Source: Bacillota bacterium
Lineage (GTDB): Bacteria; Bacillota; SHA-98; UBA4971
Reading direction: 5' to 3'
NCBI GenBank assembly: GCA_040752635.1
Contig: JBFMGS010000002.1
Location: 12,618-58,831, forward strand
Length of the DNA: 46,214 bases
How positions within the stretch are numbered: position 1 is the first letter of the stretch; every line of letters starts with the position of its first letter. Below are positions 10,524-20,049 of this stretch, one piece after another. The notes under the pieces are model-generated. The model was not told where the DNA came from, did no database searches, and saw only the letters and a program-made list of their open reading frames with translations. Position numbers and translations under genes: made by a program.

Positions 10524-11125
10524 TCACAAGGTGTTCTGTGAGCGGTACACGCCAGCCCCATCGAGTTCCGCGGCCTCATATAGTTGCCTCGGCATTCCTT
10601 GAAGCCCCGCCAGAAAGATCATCATGCTTCCGCCGACGGTCCAGAGGCTCTTTACGACAAGCGTCGGTTTCGACCAGCGCTCTGACCCCAGCCACAACGG
10701 GCTGCGTACCCCAAAGAGTCCCAGAATGTGGCCTATGAGGCCGTGTTCGGGGTTAAACATCCATACCCAGAAGACCGTCGAAGACCGCCGCCGCGATGGC
10801 GGGCACTACGGTAGGCAGATAGAACCCGGTTCGAAACAGCCACACCCCACGGATCCTCTGGTTCAGGTGCACAGCAAGCAGCAATGAGATAACCACCTGG
10901 AGAGGTACGCTCAGGAACACGAAGTAGAAGGTATTGTACAAGGCGGTACAAAACTGGCCATCGCCAAGCATCTCGCGGAAATTCGCAAGGCCTATGTGTG
11001 TCGGCTTGTCGAGGGCGCTGAAATCGCTGAATGCATACCTGATGGAAACCAGCATGAGCCACAGCATGAGCAGCGCGAACCCGACGAGCCACGGCGATAT
11101 GAAGAGGTAGAACGTCAATCCCTCT
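10524..11125 (-). pseudogene. Frameshifted, truncated carbohydrate ABC transporter permease (MalF/UgpA-like)
   Basis: Frame 1: FYLFISPWLVGF...IGLANF...ALYNT...FRTGFYLPTVVP. Frame 2: FNPEHGLI...WL...IFLAGLQGMPRQLYEAAELDGAG (EAA loop), then an early stop. No partner ABC genes nearby. Confidence 0.85.
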
Positions 11126-12070
11126 TTAATCCCGGAAGTGAGTCTCGGGAACCCCTTCACGTAGGCGAGCAAGAACCCGTGCCATGTCGTCTGGCAGCGG
11201 AGCTGCGAACTGCATCCGCTCACGCGTGCGCGGGTGTTCGAAGGCGAGTGAGGCCGCATGCAAGGCCTGGCCGGACATGCCCAGGGCATCTTTGCGGCGG
11301 CCGTAAACCCCATCCCCGATAACGGGGTGACCTATGTGGGCGAGGTGCACCCTGATCTGGTGAGTCCTGCCTGTGACCGGATTCAGCCTGAGAAGAGCGT
11401 ACCCCTGTAGACGTTCGATCACCTCATAGTGAGTTATCGCCGGCCTCCCCTGCCCCTCAGGAAGCACCGCCATTTTCTTCCTGTGCGTGGGGTGGCGCCC
11501 GATCGGGGCGTTGATCGTACCCCTTTCCTCCTTCGGCGTACCGTGAACGATAGCAAGGTATGTCTTCTCCACCCTGCGCTGCTTGAGGTCTCGCGCAAGC
11601 GCCAGGTGGGCGGCGTCGTTCTTGGCAGCAACGATGACTCCCGAGGTGTCCTTGTCAAGCCGGTGCACTATTCCGGGACGGATCTTTCCGCCGATGCCTG
11701 AAAGGTCCTTACAGTGGGCCAACAAGCGGTTGACGAGAGTTCCCGACCAGTTTCCGGCACCCGGGTGAACCACGAGCCCCCTCGGCTTATTGACCACGAT
11801 AATGTCCTCGTCTTCGTAAAGGATGTCAATGGGCAAGCCCTCTGGCAACGTGTCCAGCGGCTCGGGTTCCGGGATGGTCACGGCCACCACATCGCCCGCC
11901 TTTACTCGCCTGCCAGGTTTTTGGCGGCCTCCGTTGACCAGGACCCAACCCTCATCGATGAGCCTTTGCACTGCAGAACGAGAGAGGGCAAGCCGCTCTG
12001 CAACGTACACGTCTAGGCGCTTGCCCTCATCGGCCTGTTCAGCATGGATGTCAACGGGTTCCCGGCCCAT
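11126..12070 (-). CDS. rluD: RluA/RluD family pseudouridine synthase
   Basis: N-terminal S4 domain (RLDVYVA), NKPRGLVVHP, IVHRLDKDTSG, TGRTHQIRVH, LHA. ATG at 12070. Confidence 0.93.
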   Translation of the reverse strand: MGREPVDIHAEQADEGKRLDVYVAERLALSRSAVQRLIDEGWVLVNGGRQKPGRRVKAGDVVAVTIPEPEPLDTLPEGLPIDILYEDEDIIVVNKPRGLVVHPGAGNWSGTLVNRLLAHCKDLSGIGGKIRPGIVHRLDKDTSGVIVAAKNDAAHLALARDLKQRRVEKTYLAIVHGTPKEERGTINAPIGRHPTHRKKMAVLPEGQGRPAITHYEVIERLQGYALLRLNPVTGRTHQIRVHLAHIGHPVIGDGVYGRRKDALGMSGQALHAASLAFEHPRTRERMQFAAPLPDDMARVLARLREGVPETHFRD

Positions 12071-12074
12071 TCCG

Positions 12075-12836
12075 TTATCGCCCCGCGGCCTGCGACTGGC
12101 GGACACCCTCGCCTGAGAGAATCGCAATGCACGCAAAGGCGCCGAATGCCAGGAGTATGCTCGCAAGCTGCGCGATAGACAGCGGGCCTATCATCCGCGG
12201 CACATCCCGGAAGATCTCCACGATAAAGCGGGAGATGGAATAAAGGCCCACGTAGAGGAACATGAGGTAACCCGGGAACTTCTTGTGGTTCCTCAGTCTG
12301 AACAGAATAGCGAAAATCACAAGACTCAGGACGGCCGCGTATAGCTGCGTCGGGTGGCGCAAGGTCTCGTCGCCCGCACGGGCTGCAAGTGCCCACGGTA
12401 GATCGGTGGGCAGACCGTAGCAGCAGCCGTTCAAGAGGCAACCGACCCGGGCAAGAGCGTAGCCCAGCGGAATCAGCGGCGCAGCAACGTCAGCCATGAC
12501 CCACGGGTTTATCTTCTCGCGGCGACAGAACCATATGCCAACCAGGATAGCGCTTGCAAGCCCACCCTGGAACGAGAGCCCGCCGTCTCTGAGGTTGATA
12601 ATCTTTATGGGGTCCTGAAAGTAGGTAGGAATGTCAAGGAGGACAAAGAGGACCCTCGACCCGATTATCCCCGCTATACATACGTACAGGGCGAGATCGA
12701 TCACCTTGTCAGGGTCAATACCCCTGCGCCGCGCCTCTCGTACCCCCAGGATGGTCCCGACCACAAACGCACAAGCCAAAAGAAAGCCGTAGGAAAAGAC
12801 TGGTATCCTCCAAATCTGGAACAGTATTGGCCTCAC
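12075..12836 (-). CDS. lgt: Prolipoprotein diacylglyceryl transferase
   Basis: MRPILF, SYG, GGLSFQGG, RVGCLLNGCCYG, HPTQLY, RFIVEIFR. Confidence 0.93.
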   Translation of the reverse strand: MRPILFQIWRIPVFSYGFLLACAFVVGTILGVREARRRGIDPDKVIDLALYVCIAGIIGSRVLFVLLDIPTYFQDPIKIINLRDGGLSFQGGLASAILVGIWFCRREKINPWVMADVAAPLIPLGYALARVGCLLNGCCYGLPTDLPWALAARAGDETLRHPTQLYAAVLSLVIFAILFRLRNHKKFPGYLMFLYVGLYSISRFIVEIFRDVPRMIGPLSIAQLASILLAFGAFACIAILSGEGVRQSQAAGR

Positions 12837-13336
12837 CGGCTACTCCTCCTCCCAGGTTTCCTCTGCACAGCTCCGTACACCAGCACAAGCGCTCCCACAG
12901 TTATCGCTGCGTCCGCCAGGTTGAACACGGGCCAAAATCGCAGGTCTATGAAGTCAATGACATACCCCGCGCGCACCCTATCGATGAGATTGCCGATAGC
13001 CCCTCCGAGGACCAGCGCAGTTCCGGTTTGGAACACCGTCCCGAGGTGAAGGCGCCTTCGGCTGCACGCAAGAACAGCCCAGGAGGCAATGAGAATGGCA
13101 GTTACAACGATCGGCACCGTGCCCGTGGCAAACACGTTGAAAGCTGAGCCTGGATTCTGGACGTGCGTTATGTAGAAAACTCCCTCTAAGACAGGGAAGC
13201 TCGCGCCGCCGGGAACAGTGTTTTGCACGAGCGCCTTTGCTACCTGGTCAACTGCGGCAACGGCGACGATGAGAATTGCCGACCACAACGCCACAACCTC
13301 TCCCGGCTGGCCTTGCCTATTTGACCTGGCCAGCAA
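12833..13336 (-). CDS. lspA: Signal peptidase II
   Basis: DQVAK, NPGSAF, GAIGNLIDR, VIDFID, FNLAD. Confidence 0.95.
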   Translation of the reverse strand: MLARSNRQGQPGEVVALWSAILIVAVAAVDQVAKALVQNTVPGGASFPVLEGVFYITHVQNPGSAFNVFATGTVPIVVTAILIASWAVLACSRRRLHLGTVFQTGTALVLGGAIGNLIDRVRAGYVIDFIDLRFWPVFNLADAAITVGALVLVYGAVQRKPGRRSSR

Positions 13337-13351
13337 GAATTCGCTGTGGGT

Positions 13352-13380
13352 ATTCTAACATACATCACACGTGAGTTCAA
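13352..13380 (-). promoter_or_regulatory. SigA-type promoter for lspA-lgt-rluD
   Basis: TTGAAC-17 nt-TAGAAT with extended -10 TG. Confidence 0.55.
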
Positions 13381-14057
13381 GGACGGGCTCGCTGGGCATC
13401 CGGGTCAGGCGGGATTTCGTCTGGGCTTTCTGCCATGATAAGGTCAACCTTCTCCACTGCACCCTCGACCTCGTCAGCGCCAATGAACACCTCGCCGTAC
13501 TCCTTTGCCCCCTGGACGTCCTGCGGCGTGTTGGCCGTGCCATACCTCGCCACATCCTGCCAGATGTCCTCTCCGTCCAGGCCAGGGCTCCTGCCGTCAA
13601 GTATATGACGTCCAAACGGGGGACCGATCACTTCCTCCTCGACAGGCCGTCCGCCCCGTTCGGGCGCCTCGCGCTCTAGCTCTTGCTGACATTGGCTACA
13701 AAGCGACGTGTACGGAATGGCCCGGAGCCTCTCTTCGTCGATGTCCTTCCCGCACCTCTCGCACGCGCCGTACTCGCCTGACCGTACTCTGTCGATAGCC
13801 TTGTCAATGATTCTGAGGAGCACGCGCGCGTCGTCGCGGAACCTGATATCCTTTTCCCGTTCAAAGAGCTCTGAGCCAACGTCGGCAGGGTGGTTGTCGT
13901 ACAACGAGAACTCCCTGATGGAATCGGACATTGACTCACGAAGTCCACCTGCGCCGTCTCTGCCCTCGAGAAAATCGATCCTGCGCCGCATCCGTTCTTT
14001 CTCCTTGAGCAGCGCCCTCATGTATCCATCGAGCGCCCGCTTGTCCATGTACTCCAA
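13377..14057 (-). CDS. yteA: YteA-family sporulation protein, TraR/DksA C4 zinc finger
   Basis: SLYDNHPAD, YGACERCG...RLRAIPYTSLCSQC, RPVEE, DGEDIWQDVARYGT. Confidence 0.85.
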   Translation of the reverse strand: MEYMDKRALDGYMRALLKEKERMRRRIDFLEGRDGAGGLRESMSDSIREFSLYDNHPADVGSELFEREKDIRFRDDARVLLRIIDKAIDRVRSGEYGACERCGKDIDEERLRAIPYTSLCSQCQQELEREAPERGGRPVEEEVIGPPFGRHILDGRSPGLDGEDIWQDVARYGTANTPQDVQGAKEYGEVFIGADEVEGAVEKVDLIMAESPDEIPPDPDAQRARP

Positions 14058-14135
14058 CTCCTTGGACCTCGGGGCGGCACGTAGCCAAACGTCCGCCCGG
14101 ACCCCGCCGATTTCCTCGTTGTCCTCGTAGAATCC

Positions 14136-14462
14136 CTACCTGACCTTGAGATTGTTGGAAACGATTCTGACTATCTCCGCAATGTACCTGCCGATCACCG
14201 GGAGGTTGAACTGCACGAGCCGGGTCAGCAGCAAGAGAAAGACCGCAGCAAGAACCGTAGCGCCGATGCCGATCCCGAAACCCCGAGCGAGCCCGCCAAG
14301 GAAATTCACGTATATGATCCGCCGCGGGTTTCTTAAGAACTCCACGTACTCGGCGATGTTCATTTTATCCATCGCAAGCGAGAGTTCGGCGATGCGACGG
14401 ACAAGCGTATTCACCGTATGTGCGTCAACAGTCGTTTTGGCCTCCACCTGTTTCCTCGGCAT
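14136..14462 (-). CDS. DUF5665-like small membrane protein
   Basis: MNIAEYVE...NPRRIIYVNFLGGLARGFGIGIGAT...LPVIGRYIAEIV. Confidence 0.75.
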   Translation of the reverse strand: MPRKQVEAKTTVDAHTVNTLVRRIAELSLAMDKMNIAEYVEFLRNPRRIIYVNFLGGLARGFGIGIGATVLAAVFLLLLTRLVQFNLPVIGRYIAEIVRIVSNNLKVR

Positions 14463-14535
14463 TGCCCTGGCTCTTTGGGTTCGCCCCCGGACTTGCGTGG
14501 TGCAAGTTCTTTGACCTAGTGTGTCCCGGCTGACT

Positions 14536-14832
14536 CTACTTTAGTTTCGCAAGTGCGTCATCGACGTCAGCTTGCGAGAGACCATCTACGAGGACGACCT
14601 TATCTCGGGACTTCTTGCCAACTCCCACCCTGACCAGGGACTTTCCGACGCCGAGGAGGCTCGCCACAAGCTCGCACACGGCGCGATTAGCCCGTCCTTC
14701 CAGTGGCGGTGCATTCACTCTGACCACGAGGACACCGTCCTCCAGCCCGACCACCTCTGTAACAGACGAGCGAGGCTTGACCTTCACTGTAAGCCTCGCT
14801 CGGCCTCCCTTCTCCCCTCGAACCATCAGCAT
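14536..14832 (-). CDS. yggU: DUF167/YggU family protein
   Basis: VKVKPRSS, APPLEGRAN, GKKSRDK. Confidence 0.88.
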   Translation of the reverse strand: MLMVRGEKGGRARLTVKVKPRSSVTEVVGLEDGVLVVRVNAPPLEGRANRAVCELVASLLGVGKSLVRVGVGKKSRDKVVLVDGLSQADVDDALAKLK

Positions 14833-14842
14833 CCGCTCCGCT

Positions 14843-15094
14843 CTACGTGGTCACAGCAGACCTCACCTTGACGCCCCGGATGTTGCCGAGCTTGCCTGTA
14901 AGACTCCCAATCTCGTCGGTGGTGCCATCAACTATGAGGGCTATGACGGCGACATCCTTCTCTCGGTACGGAATGCCCATGCGTCCAAGGATCATGTCCG
15001 CGTGGAAGCCCAATATCTCGTTCACCTTCGGGGCAGCCCGGCTTCTATCCTCCACAAGTATGCCCACAACAGCGATCCTGCGCTCCTGACTCAT
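14843..15094 (-). CDS. TM1266-family putative iron-only hydrogenase system regulator (ACT-like)
   Basis: RIAVVGILVEDR, ILGRMGIPY, IGSLTGKLGNIRGVKVRS. Confidence 0.85.
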   Translation of the reverse strand: MSQERRIAVVGILVEDRSRAAPKVNEILGFHADMILGRMGIPYREKDVAVIALIVDGTTDEIGSLTGKLGNIRGVKVRSAVTT

Positions 15095-15372
15095 GGACGG
15101 TCCCCTGCTTCTCGGCGAAGATTAACGAGAACGCGGCCTTTGCGGGTCTCGCCTGTCACATCTACAAGTATCACACTTCCCCTTCTCTCGAGTGTTATGA
15201 CGTCCGCAGGTTTGACGGCAAACGACGGATCGACCCTGGGAACCTCGTTCACCCGAACACGCCCTCGCCGGATCTCTTCAGCCATCGCTGTGCGCGACAC
15301 GCCGAACCCGAGGCTTGCAACAGCGTCGAGCCGCAGCCTTGCCACAGTGCCTGTAATCGTCCTATTTCCCAT
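15091..15372 (-). CDS. Stand-alone S4 RNA-binding domain resembling the YlmH C-terminus
   Basis: TVARLRLDAVASLGFGVSR...GRVRVN...DVITLERRG...GETRKGR; located downstream of sepF. Confidence 0.8.
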   Translation of the reverse strand: MGNRTITGTVARLRLDAVASLGFGVSRTAMAEEIRRGRVRVNEVPRVDPSFAVKPADVITLERRGSVILVDVTGETRKGRVLVNLRREAGDRP

Positions 15373-15497
15373 CTCTGAACACTCTTTTCCCCTTTCGAGG
15401 CGTGTTCGCCAATGCCGAGAATGCGGACGGGGCATCTCCCAAAGCTGGGTCTATGCACAAGCGTTCATCTGACTCCAATGAGGATCAGTGCTGGAGT

Positions 15498-15926
15498 TTA
15501 GCGATGCTCGAAGATCCCGGATGAACTCGCCGCCACCTCCGCCCTTGCCGGCACGTCTAGGCCGATTTCGAAGTTGCTCGGCGTAAACAGGAATATGCCG
15601 TCGCTGACCTTCTGCATACTTCCATCCAGCGCATACGCGGCTCCGCCGGCGAAGTCCAGAACACGCCGGGCGAGATTTCGGTCTATCTCGGATACGGTGA
15701 TGATGACCGGTCGGTGCCTCTTCAAATGGTCCAAGATGCCCGGGATATCGTCAAACGATCTCGGTTCTGTCACTACCAACTTCGCCCTGGGTGACTGGTG
15801 AAGCGCTACGACACCCCGTCCGGTTCTATGCTTGGGTGGCGGCACGAATCCTTCATCTTCTTCCTCGTCAGGAACCTCGCCAAACCCCATGAAATCCAGG
15901 ATCCTGTCGATGAGCCCCTTTCTCAC
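15498..15926 (-). CDS. sepF: Cell division protein SepF
   Basis: N-terminal amphipathic helix (LIDRILDFMGF), EPRSFDD, ARRVLDFAGGAAYALDG, IFLFTP. Confidence 0.93.
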   Translation of the reverse strand: MRKGLIDRILDFMGFGEVPDEEEDEGFVPPPKHRTGRGVVALHQSPRAKLVVTEPRSFDDIPGILDHLKRHRPVIITVSEIDRNLARRVLDFAGGAAYALDGSMQKVSDGIFLFTPSNFEIGLDVPARAEVAASSSGIFEHR

Positions 15927-16642
15927 AGCGCCACCCCCCTCTGCCGCGGTCCGAATATACCTGTGCCTATCCTTACCATAGTGGCGCCTTCCTCCACGGC
16001 GACCTCGAAGTCTTGCGTCATCCCCATCGAAAGGTGTGCCTCGCCCGGTCGAAAGAGACCTTCATCTCTAATTCTACGAAAGACCTCCCTGGCCGCACGA
16101 AAGTACGGTCGGGCTTCGTCCTTCACCTCAACCACAGGCGCAATCGCCATGACCCCCGCCAGCTTGACTCTGTCGAGCGTGGAGACTTGCTTTGCCAGCT
16201 CGAGCGCGCCGGCCGGCTCCACGCCAAACCTGGAGGCTTTGCCCGAGACGTTGACTTCGAGGAGGCATTCCACCGTCCTGCCTTTCCTCTCAGCGGCGCG
16301 CTCGAGCTCGCAGGCAAGTCTCCATGAATCGAGCGAGTGAATGAGGCTGAAAACGTCCAGAGCATGCCTGACCTTGTTCGTCTGGAGATGCCCCACGAGG
16401 TGCCAAGCGATCTCCCTGCCGTTGACGTGTGTGCCGAGAATAGCGTATTTTTGTCTCGCTTCCTGGACCCGGTTCTCGCCGACGAGCGATATTCCCGTCA
16501 GCACTGCTTCGCGTATCATCTCCACCCCGACGTCCTTCGTAATCGCCACAACCGCAACATCACTCGGGTCGCGGCCGGACGCCATCGCAGCAACCTGGAT
16601 CCTTTCACGGATGGACTTCAGCCTATCGGCGATCTCACTCAT
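15923..16642 (-). CDS. yggS: PLP homeostasis protein YggS/YlmE
   Basis: AITK, GENRVQE, WHLVGHLQTNK, LSMGMTQDF, GATMVRIGTGIFG. Confidence 0.95.
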   Translation of the reverse strand: MSEIADRLKSIRERIQVAAMASGRDPSDVAVVAITKDVGVEMIREAVLTGISLVGENRVQEARQKYAILGTHVNGREIAWHLVGHLQTNKVRHALDVFSLIHSLDSWRLACELERAAERKGRTVECLLEVNVSGKASRFGVEPAGALELAKQVSTLDRVKLAGVMAIAPVVEVKDEARPYFRAAREVFRRIRDEGLFRPGEAHLSMGMTQDFEVAVEEGATMVRIGTGIFGPRQRGVAL

Positions 16643-16660
16643 AGCCGTCCGAACCTCCGA

Positions 16661-18058
16661 TCACCGCCAGATGGTGACGCGTGTCTCATGGACCATTGAT
16701 GGATTTGTCACCACGCGCTGTCCCTCGCGCAAGCCCTCGACAACCGCCCATTCGGCGTCAGCGGCCTTGACGCTCACAGGCCTTCTCACGACCCCGAGAT
16801 TGACCGGCACGTATACGATATCCCCCTCACCGGTATGGACGACCGAGCGCCTGGGAATCACCAGGCCTGAGACGGTCTTCCCGATGATGTTCAGACGAAT
16901 GCGGCGCCTGTAATAGAGGTCCTCGGGGAAGCCGGAGATCTCGAGCAACATGGCCCGCTCCCCGTCGGGCGCAGCCTCGCGCGTGTAGAATACCTTCGAT
17001 GCGAGAGACGGTCCGCCAGGAACCGACGCAAACCTCACACGGAGGCCACGCGACGAGTCAAGCTCGGCAACCTGGTCGGCACGGGGGAATACAAGAACAA
17101 AAAGGCGGTAGTTGTCTATCAAACGAAAGATGGGCTGTCCCGCATCAACACCCGCCCCGGCCTGAATCCGCCCGGGTGAAGGGACCAGGGATCGGGCCTC
17201 GTCGGGTCCCAGGTCTTTGCAGGTGCGAGGTGAAAGAACGTGCTCGAGACCGTCGAGTTCGAAACTAACGACCCCGGGGCTTTCGGCGCGCAGTTGGAAC
17301 ACAACCCGCCGGTAGGTTGCCTCGCACTGCTTGACTTTATCAGCAAACGACTGCCCTTTGATCTCAAGCGCTTTCTTCTCGCGTTCCAACTCCTGGACGG
17401 CCATGTCTAACGCTTTCTTCGCCTCGGCCAGGGCAGACGTATGTTCTCTTACCCCTTGGGCGTCGCCGGATGACCTGGCGCGCGCAAGCGCTCGCTTTTC
17501 ATTCTCCACGTTGAGCCTGCACGCTGCGACCTCTTTGCCAAGTTGGTCAAGCCTGCCACGAGCGTATGCATCCAACTTCGCAAGTTCCTCCCTCGCCTTC
17601 TTTAGTGGGAGCTCAACTCGGAGCCTCGCCTGTTCTTCCGCCACCTCCGCAATGATTGACCCAACTCTCACCTTTTCGCCCTCGGAGGCCACCAGCTTGA
17701 CGGTCCCGGAAACTGGGGTCACAAAGACCTTTTCATCTCTCACCACGATGCCATCGAGCTCGAGAGCCTGTTCCACCGTGCCCCACGTAGCCCGCGCACA
17801 CTCCAGCCGCTTCTCAACAGCCCAGATGCTGGACCCTCTGTAAAGGGACCAGACAGCGAGCGCGACAACAGCAAGGAAAAGAACTGCAGCGCTCGCCACG
17901 AGCGGCCGCGAACGCTTCCCCCTCCTCGCCTCTCTGATGTCAGCTTCGGTCTCAAGAGCCTTATCCGCAACGACACGCAGGTGAGGCGAATAGCAGAGCA
18001 CACGTTTTCTGTGGCTCATGCAACCGCGGCTTTCCGCCCCACCCGGCACGCGCAACAC
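16661..18058 (-). CDS. HlyD/membrane-fusion-like protein (start uncertain)
   Basis: Single TM helix, lipoyl-like halves (SGTVKL..EGEKV; SPGVVSF.LDGLE) around a coiled coil; this family typically sits upstream of yggS in clostridia. Confidence 0.75.
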   Translation of the reverse strand: MLRVPGGAESRGCMSHRKRVLCYSPHLRVVADKALETEADIREARRGKRSRPLVASAAVLFLAVVALAVWSLYRGSSIWAVEKRLECARATWGTVEQALELDGIVVRDEKVFVTPVSGTVKLVASEGEKVRVGSIIAEVAEEQARLRVELPLKKAREELAKLDAYARGRLDQLGKEVAACRLNVENEKRALARARSSGDAQGVREHTSALAEAKKALDMAVQELEREKKALEIKGQSFADKVKQCEATYRRVVFQLRAESPGVVSFELDGLEHVLSPRTCKDLGPDEARSLVPSPGRIQAGAGVDAGQPIFRLIDNYRLFVLVFPRADQVAELDSSRGLRVRFASVPGGPSLASKVFYTREAAPDGERAMLLEISGFPEDLYYRRRIRLNIIGKTVSGLVIPRRSVVHTGEGDIVYVPVNLGVVRRPVSVKAADAEWAVVEGLREGQRVVTNPSMVHETRVTIWR

Positions 18059-18078
18059 CTCCTCACGATATCCTAGTT

Positions 18079-18105
18079 TTTCTACAGCGCGTCATGAAGT
18101 CCTGC
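18079..18105 (-). promoter_or_regulatory. Possible SigH promoter
   Basis: GCAGGACTT-11 nt-GTAGAAA versus consensus RNAGGAWWW-N11/12-RNNGAAT. Confidence 0.4.
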
Positions 18106-18231
18106 CTGCTCGCAGCAGCCCTTTGAGAGCAGCGTTCGCCTGAGTTCGATGTCTATCGACATAAGATCCGGCCATGCTCCGGGCATCGCCAATGATCGCC
18201 ACGACTCCCGCCAGTATAGTTTGCCGTCATG

Positions 18232-19041
18232 CTACTCAGGAATGAACATAAGCGCGGCCATGCGGCCAGTTGTGCCTGAAGCGCCGCGGTATGAGAAGAA
18301 AAGGTCCTCTCGACAGGAGGTGCAGAGCGTTGATACGAGGATGTTGTCGCGCGCAAGCCCGGCTATCAGGAGCTCCTTTCGACACGCCTCCTTGAGATCC
18401 AGGCGAAACTTCCCCCGTCCGGCGGGTAACGCCACGTCCGCGCTGCGAGCGGCTGTCTGGCAAGCGACTGCGACCTCCCGACCGACTTCGTAGCAGCAGG
18501 ACCCGATAGACGGTCCGATCCCGGCCAGAATGTCGCCGGGCTTGAGGCCAAACGCCCTGCAAAGCGTCGCTACAGCCTGCCCCGGAGCATTCAGGGCAAC
18601 GCCTCTCCATCCTGCATGAACCAGTCCGATCGCGCGACCCCCTCGATGGACGAGGAAGATTGGCACGCAATCGGCAACATAGCACGAGAGCACGACCCCG
18701 GGGTACGATGTGACAAGGCTGTCGGTGGCGGGTATCCCCGGAGAACCCGGGGCCCACTCACACCCCCGGTCATTCGGCCCGACAACAGCCGTATGGCTAC
18801 CATGCACTTGCACGCCGGCGACCAGAGCGTCGGAAGGCGCTTCGACGGCCCGAAGCACCCTCTTTCTGTTCTCCCCCACACACGCGGGATCATCGCCCAC
18901 GTGGTAGCCCATGTTGAGCGTGGCAAAAGGCCCGACGCTCACCCCACCCAGCCTCGTTGTAAACGCGTGGGATACCACGCCGAGTGCGGATAGCTCGGGA
19001 AACACAAGGTACGATACACCATCGCTCAAACGTAACTCCAA
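18232..19041 (-). CDS. pgeF: Peptidoglycan editing factor / purine nucleoside phosphorylase PgeF (YlmD)
   Basis: FTTRLGG, QVHG, ADCVPI, HAGWRG, IGPSIG.CCYEVG, FFSYR. TTG start after GAGGAGG. Confidence 0.93.
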   Translation of the reverse strand: MELRLSDGVSYLVFPELSALGVVSHAFTTRLGGVSVGPFATLNMGYHVGDDPACVGENRKRVLRAVEAPSDALVAGVQVHGSHTAVVGPNDRGCEWAPGSPGIPATDSLVTSYPGVVLSCYVADCVPIFLVHRGGRAIGLVHAGWRGVALNAPGQAVATLCRAFGLKPGDILAGIGPSIGSCCYEVGREVAVACQTAARSADVALPAGRGKFRLDLKEACRKELLIAGLARDNILVSTLCTSCREDLFFSYRGASGTTGRMAALMFIPE

Positions 19042-19056
19042 CTCATGTCCTCCTCG

Positions 19057-19151
19057 GGGGTTGTCGGTGATTGCATTGGGGGCAAACAGCGTCAGACCAC
19101 GGGCGGTGGCAAGCTCCGAGTGGGAACCCAGGATGCAACACCGGCAACCCC
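19057..19151 (+). repeat. Copy 2 of intergenic bulged-palindrome family
   Basis: GGGGTTGTCGGTG-A-TTGCAT, 56-nt interior, ATGCAACACCGGCAACCCC. Confidence 0.75.
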
Positions 19152-19345
19152 AGCAGCGTTCGTAATCAGTACTGCCCTGTCACGTATGCGTTCCTTGCCA
19201 GAATCATGGGTTCGAAGGCCACTGACGCAGTGACTCCCCGGCCAAATGGTGCAACCAGAGCCGCTGAACCGGGTTGTCGTTCCGTATCTGACAAAGCGGT
19301 ATTGGGAGTGGCATGGACTCTTGGCGACTAACGTAGCAAGATGGC

Positions 19346-19801
19346 CTATTCCTCTTCGTGGAGTTTCTTGAGTTCTTGCATAAATGTGTCTATATCCTTG
19401 AATTCCCTGTAAACCGAGGCAAAACGCACATAGGCCACCTTGTCAAGGCTTCGCAGCTTGCGGACGACCATCTCTCCGATAACTTCGCTCGATACCTCTG
19501 GATCCAGACGCCCCCGCAGTTCTCGTTCGACTTCGCTGGTCACCTGCTCCAATACGTTCATGGGAATAGGGCGCTTCTGGCACGCTTTCATCAGACCGGT
19601 TAGAATCTTGTTGCGATTGAACGGCTCTCTCCTGCCGTCCTTCTTGACCACCATGAGAGGGACCTCGTCAACCGTTTCGTAGGTGGTGAACCTTCGCTCG
19701 CACGAAAGGCATTCGCGCCTTCGCCGAATTGCGGAGCCCTCGTCAGTCGCCCGGGAGTCTACAACCTTGCTCTCCGGGTATCCACAGTACGGGCACCTCA
19801 T
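19346..19801 (-). CDS. nrdR: Transcriptional repressor NrdR
   Basis: [30 protein letters not shown] cone, [13 protein letters not shown]. Confidence 0.98.
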   Translation of the reverse strand: MRCPYCGYPESKVVDSRATDEGSAIRRRRECLSCERRFTTYETVDEVPLMVVKKDGRREPFNRNKILTGLMKACQKRPIPMNVLEQVTSEVERELRGRLDPEVSSEVIGEMVVRKLRSLDKVAYVRFASVYREFKDIDTFMQELKKLHEEE

Positions 19802-19841
19802 GCTGTTCCCTCCGACAGGTCGGGTTTACCAGGGGAAGTCC

Positions 19842-19896
19842 CTTCTACATATCGTGACTTACTCTCATTATAGCCCTCAACATCTGGCATGTGCAA
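19842..19896 (-). promoter_or_regulatory. nrdR promoter with tandem NrdR-box-like sites
   Basis: TTGCAC-18 nt-TATAAT; CTACATATCGTG (19845) and CAACATCTGG (19878) resemble the CwAtATaTwGtg core and flank the -10. Confidence 0.55.
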
Positions 19897-19959
19897 TCCT
19901 GTCTGACATCTCGGTCCAAACGATAGCCCCACTCGCAAGCACTACGTAGCAGTTCAAAA

Positions 19960-20049
19960 GCATTTCCGACTTTGCCGGAGGTTGCCGATGATTGCACGAG
20001 GGGCCTTCGGAATTCGGCAAGTGACGGAACGCAACACCAGCAACCCCGG
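19960..20049 (+). repeat. Copy 3 of intergenic bulged-palindrome family
   Basis: AGCATTTCCGACTTTGCCGGAGGTTGCCGATG-A-TTGCAC...GCAACACCAGCAACCCCGG. Confidence 0.7.

Noticed and set aside
12560-12590. Lgt SFQGG instead of SFHGG
   Set aside because: This position varies among Bacillota Lgt proteins.
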